Shown: positions 38,400 through 48,521, counted from the first letter of the whole stretch. The stretch is 60,762 nucleotides of DNA, filler included, from Dimorphilus gyrociliatus (GCA_904063045.1; 4 parts of 4 records of this genome joined end to end with filler, not necessarily neighbours in it), one strand, 5' to 3'. Notes: a model not told the origin generated them from the letters alone. Numbers and translations are program-made.

Positions 38400-41300
38400 T
38401 CTCCTAAATATTTAGCATGTTCATCATTCAAATCAAATCAGTAAAGTTCAATTGTTTAAATTGACATTCAAGAAGATTTTAATCCCTCAAATATCATCTC
38501 AAACCCTTGACCCATATTGTTATTCTATTTCAAAGAAATATCTTCCTGTTTTAAAGAGTGTCTAAATTTTTAGATTACAACTATCAACTATAAATTTCTT
38601 CAAAAACTTTGAAGAGGATTTGAGTCCATCACATATCTCTTTAAAACAATTCAACTTATTTATTTTTCAATAAAAGATTCTCAATGCTGAACAGTGTTTA
38701 AATGTTTCTCCTAAACTTTGAGCTTGTTCATCATTCAAATCACACCTACCAAGATTAATTGTTTTCATAGACATTAAAGAAGATTTGAGTCCTTCACATA
38801 TCACTTTAAAGCCATTCCCCATGTTACTATTCCCTGAGAAATCAACATTCTCCAATGCTGAACAGTGTTTAAATGTTTCTCCTAAACTTTGAGCTTGTTC
38901 ATCATTCAAATCACACCTACCAAGATTAATTGTTTTCAATGAGATTGAAGAAGATTTGAGTCCATCACATATCACTTTAAAGCCATTTCCCATTTTACCA
39001 TTCCTTGAGAAATTAACATTCTCCAATGCTGAACAGTGTTTAAATGTTTCTCCTAATCTTTGAGCTTGTTCATCATTCAAATCACACCTACCAAGATTAA
39101 TTGTTTTCAATGAGATTGAAGAAGATTTGAGTCCATCACATATCACTTTAAAGCCATTTCCCATTTTACCATTCCTTGAGAAATTAACATTCTCCAATGC
39201 TGAACAGTGTTTAAATGTTTCTCGTAAACTTTGAGCTTGTTCATCATTCAAATAACACCCATGAAGTTTAATTGTTTTCATAGACCTTGAAGAAGATTTG
39301 AGTCCATCACATATCCCTTTAAAGCCATTCCCCATGTTACTATTCTCTGAGAAATCAACATTCTCCAATGCTGAACAGTGTTTAAATGTTTCTCCTAAAC
39401 TTTGAGCTTGTTCATCATTCAAATAACACCCATGAAGTTTAATTGTTTTCATAGACCTTGAAGAAGATTTGAGTCCAACACATATCACTTTAAAGCCATT
39501 CCCCTTCTTTCTATTACATGAGAAATCAACATTCTCCAATGCTGAACAGTGTTTAAATGTTTCTCCTAAACTTTGAGCTTGTTCATCATTTAAATCACCA
39601 TGAAGTTTAATTGTTTTCATAGACATTAAAGAAGATTTGAGTCCTTCACATATCACTTTAAAGCCATTCCCCATGTTACTATTCCTGAGAAATCAACATT
39701 CTCCAATGCTGAACAGTGTTTAAATGTTTCTCCTAAACTTTGAGCTTGTTCATCATTCAAATCACACCTACAAAGATTAATTGTTTTCATAGACATTGAA
39801 GAAGATTTGAGTCCATCACATATCCCTTTAAAGCCATTTCCCATGTTTTTATTCCCTGAGAAATCAACATTCTCCAATGCTGAACAGTGTTTAAATGTTT
39901 CTACTAGAGATTGAGTTTGGTCATCATCCAAATCACACCCATGAAGTTTAATTGTTTTGATAGAGTTTAAAGAAGATTTAAGTCCATCGCATATGTCTTT
40001 AAAACTGTTTCCCATGTGGTTGTTTTTTGATAGGTTAACATATTTTAATGATGCACATTTTTTTAAGTTTTTACCTAATATGTTTGAATTTTGACTATTT
40101 AAGTTACAATCTACAATCACAATATGGCTTAAGGTATGTTTAAATGGGTCGAAATTAAAATATGTATGAGCTTTTTTATAACTTTCAAATATTAAAGTTT
40201 TCATTTTGGTACATTTTCCTAGAAGTTCAGGCAGAGTTCTTTGCTGTTTTTCAAAGTTGGTGTAAGATTTAATATTAAATATCTCCATTGTTTGGCACAA
40301 TATTTCAAAAACATCATTTAACGTTTCTTCATAATTTGCAATATTTTTTATATTATATAATTCTACTGGAAAATGACACATGGTAACAAATTTTTTTTTC
40401 AATGCCCATTTTATGCACTCCAAGGTGTTTTTGTTCAAGTTGGCAATCCCACTTTCATCAACTGTCAGTTTTGCTCCTGTGGCATTGAAAGAAACTTGCA
40501 GTTTTTCATTACTGAAAGCTTTAATCTGAATAACATTTGATGTTGAGTTATTATCAAAATATGAATGGAGTGATAAATCTTTGGATATATAACTGTAATA
40601 GTCCAAAAAGAATTTGTTTGTGAGATTTATTATTGAGCTATCTTGTATAACCAATTTTTTAAACTGGTAATGCTCCCTTTTAAATTTTAAAACATTAAGA
40701 AATTTGTCCAAATCAATTGCAGAGACAATTTTGTTTTTCAGAATTATATCATTCAGATTATGGTGTCTTTCAATATATTTTAGTGATGCCTCTTTGTAAA
40801 ATATTTCTGAATTGTATGATATATCTGTTAAATTTGTTAATTGATTATTTCCAAATGTCACTTGAATCAACCAATTGGTTTGGTATTTATTACTAGAAAT
40901 TTCTAATTTCTCAATTTGCATTTTTGATAGTATACCACTTTTACCATAATTCTTTTTTTTGATGAAAAATTTAATATTATGTACAATCAAATATGTAATA
41001 TTAGTTGATGTTATCAATGCCAGCAGTTCTTTAAATATCATTTCATAGGAAAAATGAAAATCTGTATTCTTTATTTTAATGTTTGTTAGGAATGGGGAGT
41101 GTTGTGCAAGTTGTTTCAGAAGAAAACTAATATTTATTTTGGTCTTGTAAATGTAAATATCCAATAAACCACTCCCTCTGCTTTCTAATAAAAGGCTAAC
41201 TATAGTATCATTTAAATGTTCATTAGTTAAATAAATCTTTTGGTTGCTTTCTAAACCATTTGATAGATAATTTTGTACACTTTCACTACAATCAAACATT

Positions 41301-41503
41301 TGTTGTGCAATTTGAGATGAGAGTAGAATATTTTGAAATATTGATTGAGAATATTGTTTAACAAAATCTAAAGTATTATATATATTTATATTGTTATTTT
41401 CTTTAAACAATTCATCCAAAGTTTTTTCATCATTCAATGAAGTTGTCAATGTCCAAATTGTTTCTTTGGGTTTCTTCTCAAACTCTTTTATCAGATATTT
41501 AGC
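38400..41503 (-). CDS. Large LRR protein (NLR/RI-like C-terminus) with about eight 171-nt tandem units; 5' end lost in the gap; frameshifts at about 39684 and 38682
   Basis: ORFs 39653-41449 and 38667-39674 join across a single-base deletion (attcctgag versus attccctgag in sister units). 57-aa unit: LENVDFS.N..MGNGFK.IC.GLKSS..S.KTI.L..C.LNDEQAQSLGETFKHCSA. The frame is open up to the gap. It may be a pseudogene or carry consensus errors. Confidence 0.8.
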
Positions 41504-41603
41504 NNNNNNNNNNNNNNNNNNNNNNNNNNNNNNNNNNNNNNNNNNNNTTAATTAATTAANNNNNNNNNNNNNNNNNNNNNNNNNNNNNNNNNNNNNNNNN
41601 NNN
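41504..41603. other. Assembly gap with TTAATTAATTAA linker
   Basis: 100-nt N spacer. Confidence 0.98.
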
Positions 41604-41830
41604 TTTTTAATGGTGTCCCTCCCCATTCTCCAGGTGTAGCCATTATTGATTCTAATGAGATCTTTGAACTGTGAGATAGCCATTTTGGGATCTTTGCAGT
41701 TTCTCATATATCTAGTTAGCTGGCTCATTAGGATACCTCTGAATGGTGTGTGTGGATGATTGGATTTGGTGGTGTAGCAGTATTCTGGAGTCAGTAGCCT
41801 TAAAATGGGTTTCCCAGGAAAGAGAGTTCC

Positions 41831-43153
41831 CTAGTATATGTAGGTCCAAGTCCAGAAAAGTACTTGATTTAGGGTTCTGGACCAAGTGAGCTTGATATCT
41901 GGATTTCTGTTGTTTAGTCTTGTCTTGAACTCCATGATGTCCCTGTCTGGTTTAGTGACCAAAATGATATCATCAATGTACCTGCCATAGTACTCAATGT
42001 CCTCTGTAAAATCTGTGACCAATTCGTGTTCCCAGGTGTGTAACACTATGTTTGCATATGCTGGACTAAATGGAGCTCCCATAGCTGTGCCCTTTATTTG
42101 CAGGAACCTGTGGTTCCCAAAGGTGAAATCATTGTTGTTGAGACAAATCCAAAGGAGTTCCAAGATTAGTTCATCAGGTCTACCTTCATGGTAGTGGGTT
42201 AACATGAACTCTTTAACAGCTTTTATGCCCCATTGAGGGTTAATGCTTGGGTATAGAGCTTCTACATCTGCTGTGAAGATCCCTCTGTTTTGCCAATTAT
42301 GTATCATAGATAGTTTGCCAATGCAATGTTGGGTGTTTTTAACATAGCTAGTGGTACTTTTTGCCATTTTGACCAGATAGTGATCAACAAATTTAGATAT
42401 TTTATATAGATCAGAGCCTACATAGCTCACCACTGGTCTCCCCTTGGGGATCCTATATGGTACTCTCCATTGGGAGCTGTGTTTATGAATTTTAGGTAGG
42501 AGGTAAAACTTTCTATCTCCTGGGCTATTCTGTGGAGCCATCAGAGTTGCTGTAGATTTGGTAATAATTTTCATTGTAACCAATTCATTAAGGATTTCAT
42601 TTAACCGGGTCCATTGGGTAGAGCTTATTTTATTGCTGACCTGTTTGTAGGTTGTTCTGTCACAGAGCTGTGTCATGGCTTCAAAGACATAGTCCTCTTT
42701 GTCCATTAAGACAATCCTTCTTCCTTTATCAGCTGGTTTAATGATAATGTTAGGATGATTGTTGAGGAAGTTTTTCATTAGGCCTTGATTTTCAAAACCC
42801 TTCTGGGCTCTATTAATTTTTTCAGAGCCCTTTATAATGTCATATATCCTGTCTGTGATATGGTTAATTTCTGGAATATGACTAGAGGGCATGTAATTTA
42901 ACTCCCTCATTAGTTCAGGTAGAGATGGTGCTTGTATGTCAAGAAGTTTTTTCTTTAGTGGATTATTTCGAAATCTTGGTGTACCATTTTTCTCAATGAT
43001 CTTTAGCCATTTTAATGTATAATCCAAGATCCCTGTGAAGTGCAAGTTTATAAATTTATTTGGGGCCCAAGTCCAGGCAAAGCCTAGACCTTGTGCCATA
43101 GTGTTCAGGCAAGAACTCTTGATGTTAGAGTTCCTACATAGGTTAAAAACCAT
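41831..43153 (-). CDS. PLE ORF2 (RT) copy 1, frameshifted at about 41878 and truncated by the gap
   Basis: Nearly identical to the first ~430 aa of the 758-aa ORF (one substitution). One-base loss in gggttctgg(g)acc near the contig end. Confidence 0.85.
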   Translation of the reverse strand: MVFNLCRNSNIKSSCLNTMAQGLGFAWTWAPNKFINLHFTGILDYTLKWLKIIEKNGTPRFRNNPLKKKLLDIQAPSLPELMRELNYMPSSHIPEINHITDRIYDIIKGSEKINRAQKGFENQGLMKNFLNNHPNIIIKPADKGRRIVLMDKEDYVFEAMTQLCDRTTYKQVSNKISSTQWTRLNEILNELVTMKIITKSTATLMAPQNSPGDRKFYLLPKIHKHSSQWRVPYRIPKGRPVVSYVGSDLYKISKFVDHYLVKMAKSTTSYVKNTQHCIGKLSMIHNWQNRGIFTADVEALYPSINPQWGIKAVKEFMLTHYHEGRPDELILELLWICLNNNDFTFGNHRFLQIKGTAMGAPFSPAYANIVLHTWEHELVTDFTEDIEYYGRYIDDIILVTKPDRDIMEFKTRLNNRNPDIKLTWSRTLNQVLFWTWTYIY

Positions 43154-43224
43154 ACTTGGTTCTGTTTTATTGATAAAAACATGTTTAAAAACATTATAAT
43201 TGTTATGCTGTTGTGCTTGAAGAG

Positions 43225-44007
43225 TTAGGAGTTTCCCTGGTCCATAGTCTCCTCATCAGCACTCATTTTCTCTGTAATTCCTTTAAATAAGACAGTCATG
43301 ATTGCCAATTCCTTTCTTAGTTCTGAGATTTCATCCTTAGAGTTCTTGTAAGGTTCTTTGTGTCTGGTTTTGTCTGCTGGTTTCTTGGATCTCTGTATGG
43401 TAGGGAGCTCTTTGAAATTTTCATGGAGCTCTCTATTGAAAGAGTCATCTAAGGGAGCTTTTAGATTTTTGGTAACCAAGTATACACTTTCTTTAAGTTG
43501 GGCCCAATTAATCTTTTTGCCATATTTTTGTATCGATCTGGTTTTGGCTACTTCAATAGCTTTCTTAACCTCTGATTGATTGTAATTTTGCTGATCATTT
43601 TTTATCTTGTCCCTCATTTTAGAGAGCCTCTCATTGAGCTCCTCCAGCACCACTCTATTTGTTTCTCTAGCACAAGTATTGGCTATTTCATGTAGTTGGT
43701 TGAGTCTTTCCCCAGTGATGGGACCTCCTGTGATTCTAATTGAGTCCATCATATCCATGGCCTTTTTGGTCCAAGGGTTATATTCCTTAAGTCTCTCAAT
43801 CTGGTGAATAGAACTGTAAGTTTTACTCATAGCTCTAGTCAGGGCTTTTTCCTTGTCACTTAGAGAACCTTTAAAACCATTTGCATCAGGTGCAGTCTGG
43901 CTCTTTGTGACTTGTACCCATCTGGGTTTGTCTGGAGCTCTGGAGTAGGGTGTCTTTCTTCCTGTTTTTTTTGTTCTTCTAGGAGCTTGGTTTTGTTTAG
44001 GGTCCAT
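43225..44007 (-). CDS. PLE ORF1, basic coiled-coil protein (260 aa from first ATG), copy 1
   Basis: Identical in three copies. The first ATG gives MDPKQ. K/R-rich N-terminus and heptad-like ELNERLSKMRDKIKN. Confidence 0.7.
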   Translation of the reverse strand: MDPKQNQAPRRTKKTGRKTPYSRAPDKPRWVQVTKSQTAPDANGFKGSLSDKEKALTRAMSKTYSSIHQIERLKEYNPWTKKAMDMMDSIRITGGPITGERLNQLHEIANTCARETNRVVLEELNERLSKMRDKIKNDQQNYNQSEVKKAIEVAKTRSIQKYGKKINWAQLKESVYLVTKNLKAPLDDSFNRELHENFKELPTIQRSKKPADKTRHKEPYKNSKDEISELRKELAIMTVLFKGITEKMSADEETMDQGNS

Positions 44008-44368
44008 TGCCAAAGTCTGTACTGGGTAGGTTAGGGTTTGGTAAGGGTTATGGGTTAGGCCACTCACACAACTCTGGTAATGTTTTTGGGAACTGGTTAG
44101 CTAGTGTTCCAGTGTAATACCTAACTTTTACTCAATGTTAGGTAGGGGTTCTCCTTGGTCAGGATTATAGATCTGGGCTCCCAGTCTTAGTCAGGTTTTG
44201 GGAACTGGTTAGTTGGTGTTCAAGGGTTCTACCAATTTTCCAATAGGTAGGAGTTCTCTATGTCTGAGCTCCTTGGTGCTTCAGTGCTCTGTCAAACTCT
44301 TAGTCTTATTCAATAACAATTAAATTTTTTCTTTTTCATCAACTTTTTATTTTAAACTTTAAAACATA

Positions 44369-44413
44369 TTACAACAATATTTCGCCTCTACTTGAGGCTT
44401 CATCAGGTTGTAA
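44369..44413 (-). ncRNA. Minimal type I hammerhead ribozyme
   Basis: Minus strand: TTACAAC-CTGATGA-A-GCCTC-AAGTA-GAGGC-GAAA-TAT-T-GTTGTAA. It has a 7-bp helix I, a 5-bp helix II, a conserved core and a palindromic ATAT helix III. Confidence 0.85.
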
Positions 44414-44526
44414 GTTAAACTGAACACCAACATAAGTATTTATACCATCACCACAAAAAAAAAAAAAAATTTTATATATAAAAAACATGAAAACAAGATG
44501 GCTGCCCTTGCACTAGCGCCACCTAA

Positions 44527-44718
44527 CTACATTTTTCTTTGTTTCTTTGAAGGTACTACTTCAAATTCATCACCTGATCTTTTGATTAGGAGTCTTTGTT
44601 GTATTCCAATATTGCTATTCTCTTTTGGAGTGCTTTCATATTGATACTCACCATCTTCCATATCATCATAGTTGTCATCATCTTCTTCCTCCTCAGTCTG
44701 TTCCTTGGTAGGGACCAT
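44527..44718 (-). CDS. Small acidic ORF (63 aa) with C-terminal NLS-like PSKKQRK, within the PLE unit
   Basis: ATG-initiated, identical at 48636-48827. Expression is unknown. Confidence 0.4.
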   Translation of the reverse strand: MVPTKEQTEEEEDDDNYDDMEDGEYQYESTPKENSNIGIQQRLLIKRSGDEFEVVPSKKQRKM

Positions 44719-44984
44719 TTCTTTGTCTGACTAAGTTGTAAGAACTGTTGAAGCTCACTTGAGCTCTTGGAGCTCTATTGAGTTCATGAGCTCTACTGAG
44801 CTCTTGGAGCTCTTGGAGCTCTACTGAGTTCTTGGAGCTCTACTGAGCTCTTCAAGGTCTCCTGTGGTATTGGAGCTCAACTGAGCTACTGTAGCTCCTT
44901 GGAGCTCTTGGACCTTATTGTAGCTAACTGTAGCTTTTGGAGTTCCTTGTAGCTTGTAGAGCTTGTTGTAGCTGCTGAAATTCA

Positions 44985-47261
44985 TTACAGTTCTTGGAGT
45001 TCACTTTGGCTTTTCTGGAGTAGAATTTTTTCTATGTGTTTTTCCATCATCTCATCAACCTTCTTATTGATAAGCCAGTGTCTGGTAGTAGTTGGGATCC
45101 TAAAGGCAGTTATTGACTTATACATTTGGAAGTGAGAGCTGTTAGGGGCTAGCTGGTGGATTGTTCTCTTGACTTTCTCAGCTATTAGTTGGGCTCCATT
45201 GTGTTGTGGTATGAGGAGTGGTACCATTTCCTTGGTGGTAAAACCTTCATGTTTATTAAGACCATGTGGGAACAGTGTATCCAAATGGTTGATGATTTCA
45301 GTTTCTTTTCTCATTAACCAAACTATTACTGAGCTCTCTGTGAGTTCCTTAGGAGCTACAGCAGCTATGTAGATCTTGAACTTCTTGATATCATGTGTTG
45401 CCATATGGTTATATAGTGGTCTATCTATCTTGTTTTTGAAGCCCAAATTATGGGTACCCCATCTACACTTGATAGTATCTGTAGTCATACCCACATATGC
45501 TAACCCACACATAGAGCATTGTAGGATATAGACACAACCCTTGGTGTTACAGTTAATGCTTTGGGTTAAGCTCCAAGAGTTGACCTGGTATAGGTCAAAT
45601 ACCTCATCTCTGGAGTCCAGTCTGAGGCAAGTATCACATCTAGTGTTACAACATTTATTGACTTTATACCTCAGTGCCTTTTTTTCTTCAGCTCTGGTGT
45701 TGAATTTTTTAATGGTGTCCCTCCCCATTCTCCAGGTGTAGCCATTGACTTTATTGATTCTAATGAGATCTTTGAACTGTGAGATAGCCATTTTGGGATC
45801 TTTGCAGTTTCTCATATATCTAGTTAGCTGGCTCATTAGGATACCTCTGAATGTGTGTGGTGGATGATTGGATTTGGTGTGTAGCAGTATTCTGGAGTCA
45901 GTAGCCTTAAAATGGGTTTCCCAGGAAAGAGAGTTCCCTAGTATATGTAGGTCCAAGTCCAGAAAAGTACTTGATTTAGGGTTCTGGGACCAAGTGAGCT
46001 TGATATCTGGATTTCTGTTGTTTAGTCTTGTCTGGAACTCCATGATGTCCCTGTCTGGTTTAGTGACCAAAATGATATCATCAATGTACCTGCCATAGTA
46101 CTCAATGTCCTCTGTAAAATCTGTGACCAATTCGTGTTCCCAGGTGTGTAACACTATGTTTGCATATGCTGGACTAAATGGAGCTCCCATAGCTGTGCCC
46201 TTTATTTGCAGGAACCTGTGGTTCCCAAAGGTGAAATCATTGTTGTTGAGACAAATCCAAAGGAGTTCCAAGATTAGTTCATCAGGTCTACCTTCATGGT
46301 AGTGGGTTAACATGAACTCTTTAACAGCTTTTATGCCCCATTGAGGGTTAATGCTTGGGTATAGAGCTTCTACATCTGCTGTGAAGATCCCTCTGTTTTG
46401 CCAATTATGTATCATAGATAGTTTGCCAATGCAATGTTGGGTGTTTTTAACATAGCTAGTGGTACTTTTTGCCATTTTGACCAGATAGTGATCAACAAAT
46501 TTAGATATTTTATATAGATCAGAGCCTACATAGCTCACCACTGGTCTCCCCTTGGGGATCCTATATGGTACTCTCCATTGGGAGCTGTGTTTATGAATTT
46601 TAGGTAGGAGGTAAAACTTTCTATCTCCTGGGCTATTCTGTGGAGCCATCAGAGTTGCTGTAGATTTGGTAATAATTTTCATTGTAACCAATTCATTAAG
46701 GATTTCATTTAACCGGGTCCATTGGGTAGAGCTTATTTTATTGCTGACCTGTTTGTAGGTTGTTCTGTCACAGAGCTGTGTCATGGCTTCAAAGACATAG
46801 TCCTCTTTGTCCATTAAGACAATCCTTCTTCCTTTATCAGCTGGTTTAATGATAATGTTAGGATGATTGTTGAGGAAGTTTTTCATTAGGCCTTGATTTT
46901 CAAAACCCTTCTGGGCTCTATTAATTTTTTCAGAGCCCTTTATAATGTCATATATCCTGTCTGTGATATGGTTAATTTCTGGAATATGACTAGAGGGCAT
47001 GTAATTTAACTCCCTCATTAGTTCAGGTAGAGATGGTGCTTGTATGTCAAGAAGTTTTTTCTTTAGTGGATTATTTCGAAATCTTGGTGTACCATTTTTC
47101 TCAATGATCTTTAGCCATTTTAATGTATAATCCAAGATCCCTGTGAAGTGCAAGTTTATAAATTTATTTGGGGCCCAAGTCCAGGCAAAGCCTAGACCTT
47201 GTGCCATAGTGTTCAGGCAAGAACTCTTGATGTTAGAGTTCCTACATAGGTTAAAAACCAT
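44985..47261 (-). CDS. PLE ORF2: intact reverse transcriptase - Cys linker - GIY-YIG endonuclease (758 aa)
   Basis: RT motifs TADVEALYPSI, GTAMGAPFSPAYANI, YIDD and FLDL. Linker CCNTRCDTC. Endonuclease GCVYILQCSMCGLAYVGMT..R..H..E..GLN. Confidence 0.96.
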   Translation of the reverse strand: MVFNLCRNSNIKSSCLNTMAQGLGFAWTWAPNKFINLHFTGILDYTLKWLKIIEKNGTPRFRNNPLKKKLLDIQAPSLPELMRELNYMPSSHIPEINHITDRIYDIIKGSEKINRAQKGFENQGLMKNFLNNHPNIIIKPADKGRRIVLMDKEDYVFEAMTQLCDRTTYKQVSNKISSTQWTRLNEILNELVTMKIITKSTATLMAPQNSPGDRKFYLLPKIHKHSSQWRVPYRIPKGRPVVSYVGSDLYKISKFVDHYLVKMAKSTTSYVKNTQHCIGKLSMIHNWQNRGIFTADVEALYPSINPQWGIKAVKEFMLTHYHEGRPDELILELLWICLNNNDFTFGNHRFLQIKGTAMGAPFSPAYANIVLHTWEHELVTDFTEDIEYYGRYIDDIILVTKPDRDIMEFQTRLNNRNPDIKLTWSQNPKSSTFLDLDLHILGNSLSWETHFKATDSRILLHTKSNHPPHTFRGILMSQLTRYMRNCKDPKMAISQFKDLIRINKVNGYTWRMGRDTIKKFNTRAEEKKALRYKVNKCCNTRCDTCLRLDSRDEVFDLYQVNSWSLTQSINCNTKGCVYILQCSMCGLAYVGMTTDTIKCRWGTHNLGFKNKIDRPLYNHMATHDIKKFKIYIAAVAPKELTESSVIVWLMRKETEIINHLDTLFPHGLNKHEGFTTKEMVPLLIPQHNGAQLIAEKVKRTIHQLAPNSSHFQMYKSITAFRIPTTTRHWLINKKVDEMMEKHIEKILLQKSQSELQEL

Positions 47262-47332
47262 ACTTGGTTCTGTTTTATTGATAAAAACATGTTTAAAAAC
47301 ATTATAATTGTTATGCTGTTGTGCTTGAAGAG

Positions 47333-48115
47333 TTAGGAGTTTCCCTGGTCCATAGTCTCCTCATCAGCACTCATTTTCTCTGTAATTCCTTTAAATAAGA
47401 CAGTCATGATTGCCAATTCCTTTCTTAGTTCTGAGATTTCATCCTTAGAGTTCTTGTAAGGTTCTTTGTGTCTGGTTTTGTCTGCTGGTTTCTTGGATCT
47501 CTGTATGGTAGGGAGCTCTTTGAAATTTTCATGGAGCTCTCTATTGAAAGAGTCATCTAAGGGAGCTTTTAGATTTTTGGTAACCAAGTATACACTTTCT
47601 TTAAGTTGGGCCCAATTAATCTTTTTGCCATATTTTTGTATCGATCTGGTTTTGGCTACTTCAATAGCTTTCTTAACCTCTGATTGATTGTAATTTTGCT
47701 GATCATTTTTTATCTTGTCCCTCATTTTAGAGAGCCTCTCATTGAGCTCCTCCAGCACCACTCTATTTGTTTCTCTAGCACAAGTATTGGCTATTTCATG
47801 TAGTTGGTTGAGTCTTTCCCCAGTGATGGGACCTCCTGTGATTCTAATTGAGTCCATCATATCCATGGCCTTTTTGGTCCAAGGGTTATATTCCTTAAGT
47901 CTCTCAATCTGGTGAATAGAACTGTAAGTTTTACTCATAGCTCTAGTCAGGGCTTTTTCCTTGTCACTTAGAGAACCTTTAAAACCATTTGCATCAGGTG
48001 CAGTCTGGCTCTTTGTGACTTGTACCCATCTGGGTTTGTCTGGAGCTCTGGAGTAGGGTGTCTTTCTTCCTGTTTTTTTTGTTCTTCTAGGAGCTTGGTT
48101 TTGTTTAGGGTCCAT
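47333..48115 (-). CDS. PLE ORF1 copy 2
   Basis: Same sequence as copy 1. ATG at 48115, stop 71 nt upstream of the ORF2 ATG, in a different frame. Confidence 0.7.
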   Translation of the reverse strand: MDPKQNQAPRRTKKTGRKTPYSRAPDKPRWVQVTKSQTAPDANGFKGSLSDKEKALTRAMSKTYSSIHQIERLKEYNPWTKKAMDMMDSIRITGGPITGERLNQLHEIANTCARETNRVVLEELNERLSKMRDKIKNDQQNYNQSEVKKAIEVAKTRSIQKYGKKINWAQLKESVYLVTKNLKAPLDDSFNRELHENFKELPTIQRSKKPADKTRHKEPYKNSKDEISELRKELAIMTVLFKGITEKMSADEETMDQGNS

Positions 48116-48476
48116 TGCCAAAGTCTGTACTGGGTAGGTTAGGGTTTGGTAAGGGTTATGGGTTAGGCCACTCACACAACTCTGGTAATGTTTTTGGGAA
48201 CTGGTTAGCTAGTGTTCCAGTGTAATACCTAACTTTTACTCAATGTTAGGTAGGGGTTCTCCTTGGTCAGGATTATAGATCTGGGCTCCCAGTCTTAGTC
48301 AGGTTTTGGGAACTGGTTAGTTGGTGTTCAAGGGTTCTACCAATTTTCCAATAGGTAGGAGTTCTCTATGTCTGAGCTCCTTGGTGCTTCAGTGCTCTGT
48401 CAAACTCTTAGTCTTATTCAATAACAATTAAATTTTTTCTTTTTCATCAACTTTTTATTTTAAACTTTAAAACATA

Positions 48477-48521
48477 TTACAACAATATTTCGCCTCTACT
48501 TGAGGCTTCATCAGGTTGTAA
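48477..48521 (-). ncRNA. Minimal type I hammerhead ribozyme, copy 2
   Basis: Identical to 44369-44413. Confidence 0.85.

Noticed and set aside
38680-40060. 171-nt repeats as a CRISPR-like or non-coding satellite
   Set aside because: They are contiguous in-frame LRR-coding units without unique spacers, in a eukaryotic context.
41604-41930. Indels and frameshifts in PLE copies 1 and 3 as real inactivation
   Set aside because: They are single-base homopolymer changes or cluster at a contig end, which is typical of long-read consensus error. They cannot be trusted without reads.
43225-43265. Second hammerhead at the ORF1 end (CTGATGA...GAAA)
   Set aside because: No helix II or helix I pairing can be formed.
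45169-46302. Plus-strand ORFs within the array (65-76 aa, repeated per unit)
   Set aside because: They are antisense shadows of RT codons with no motifs, and recur only because the unit is repeated.
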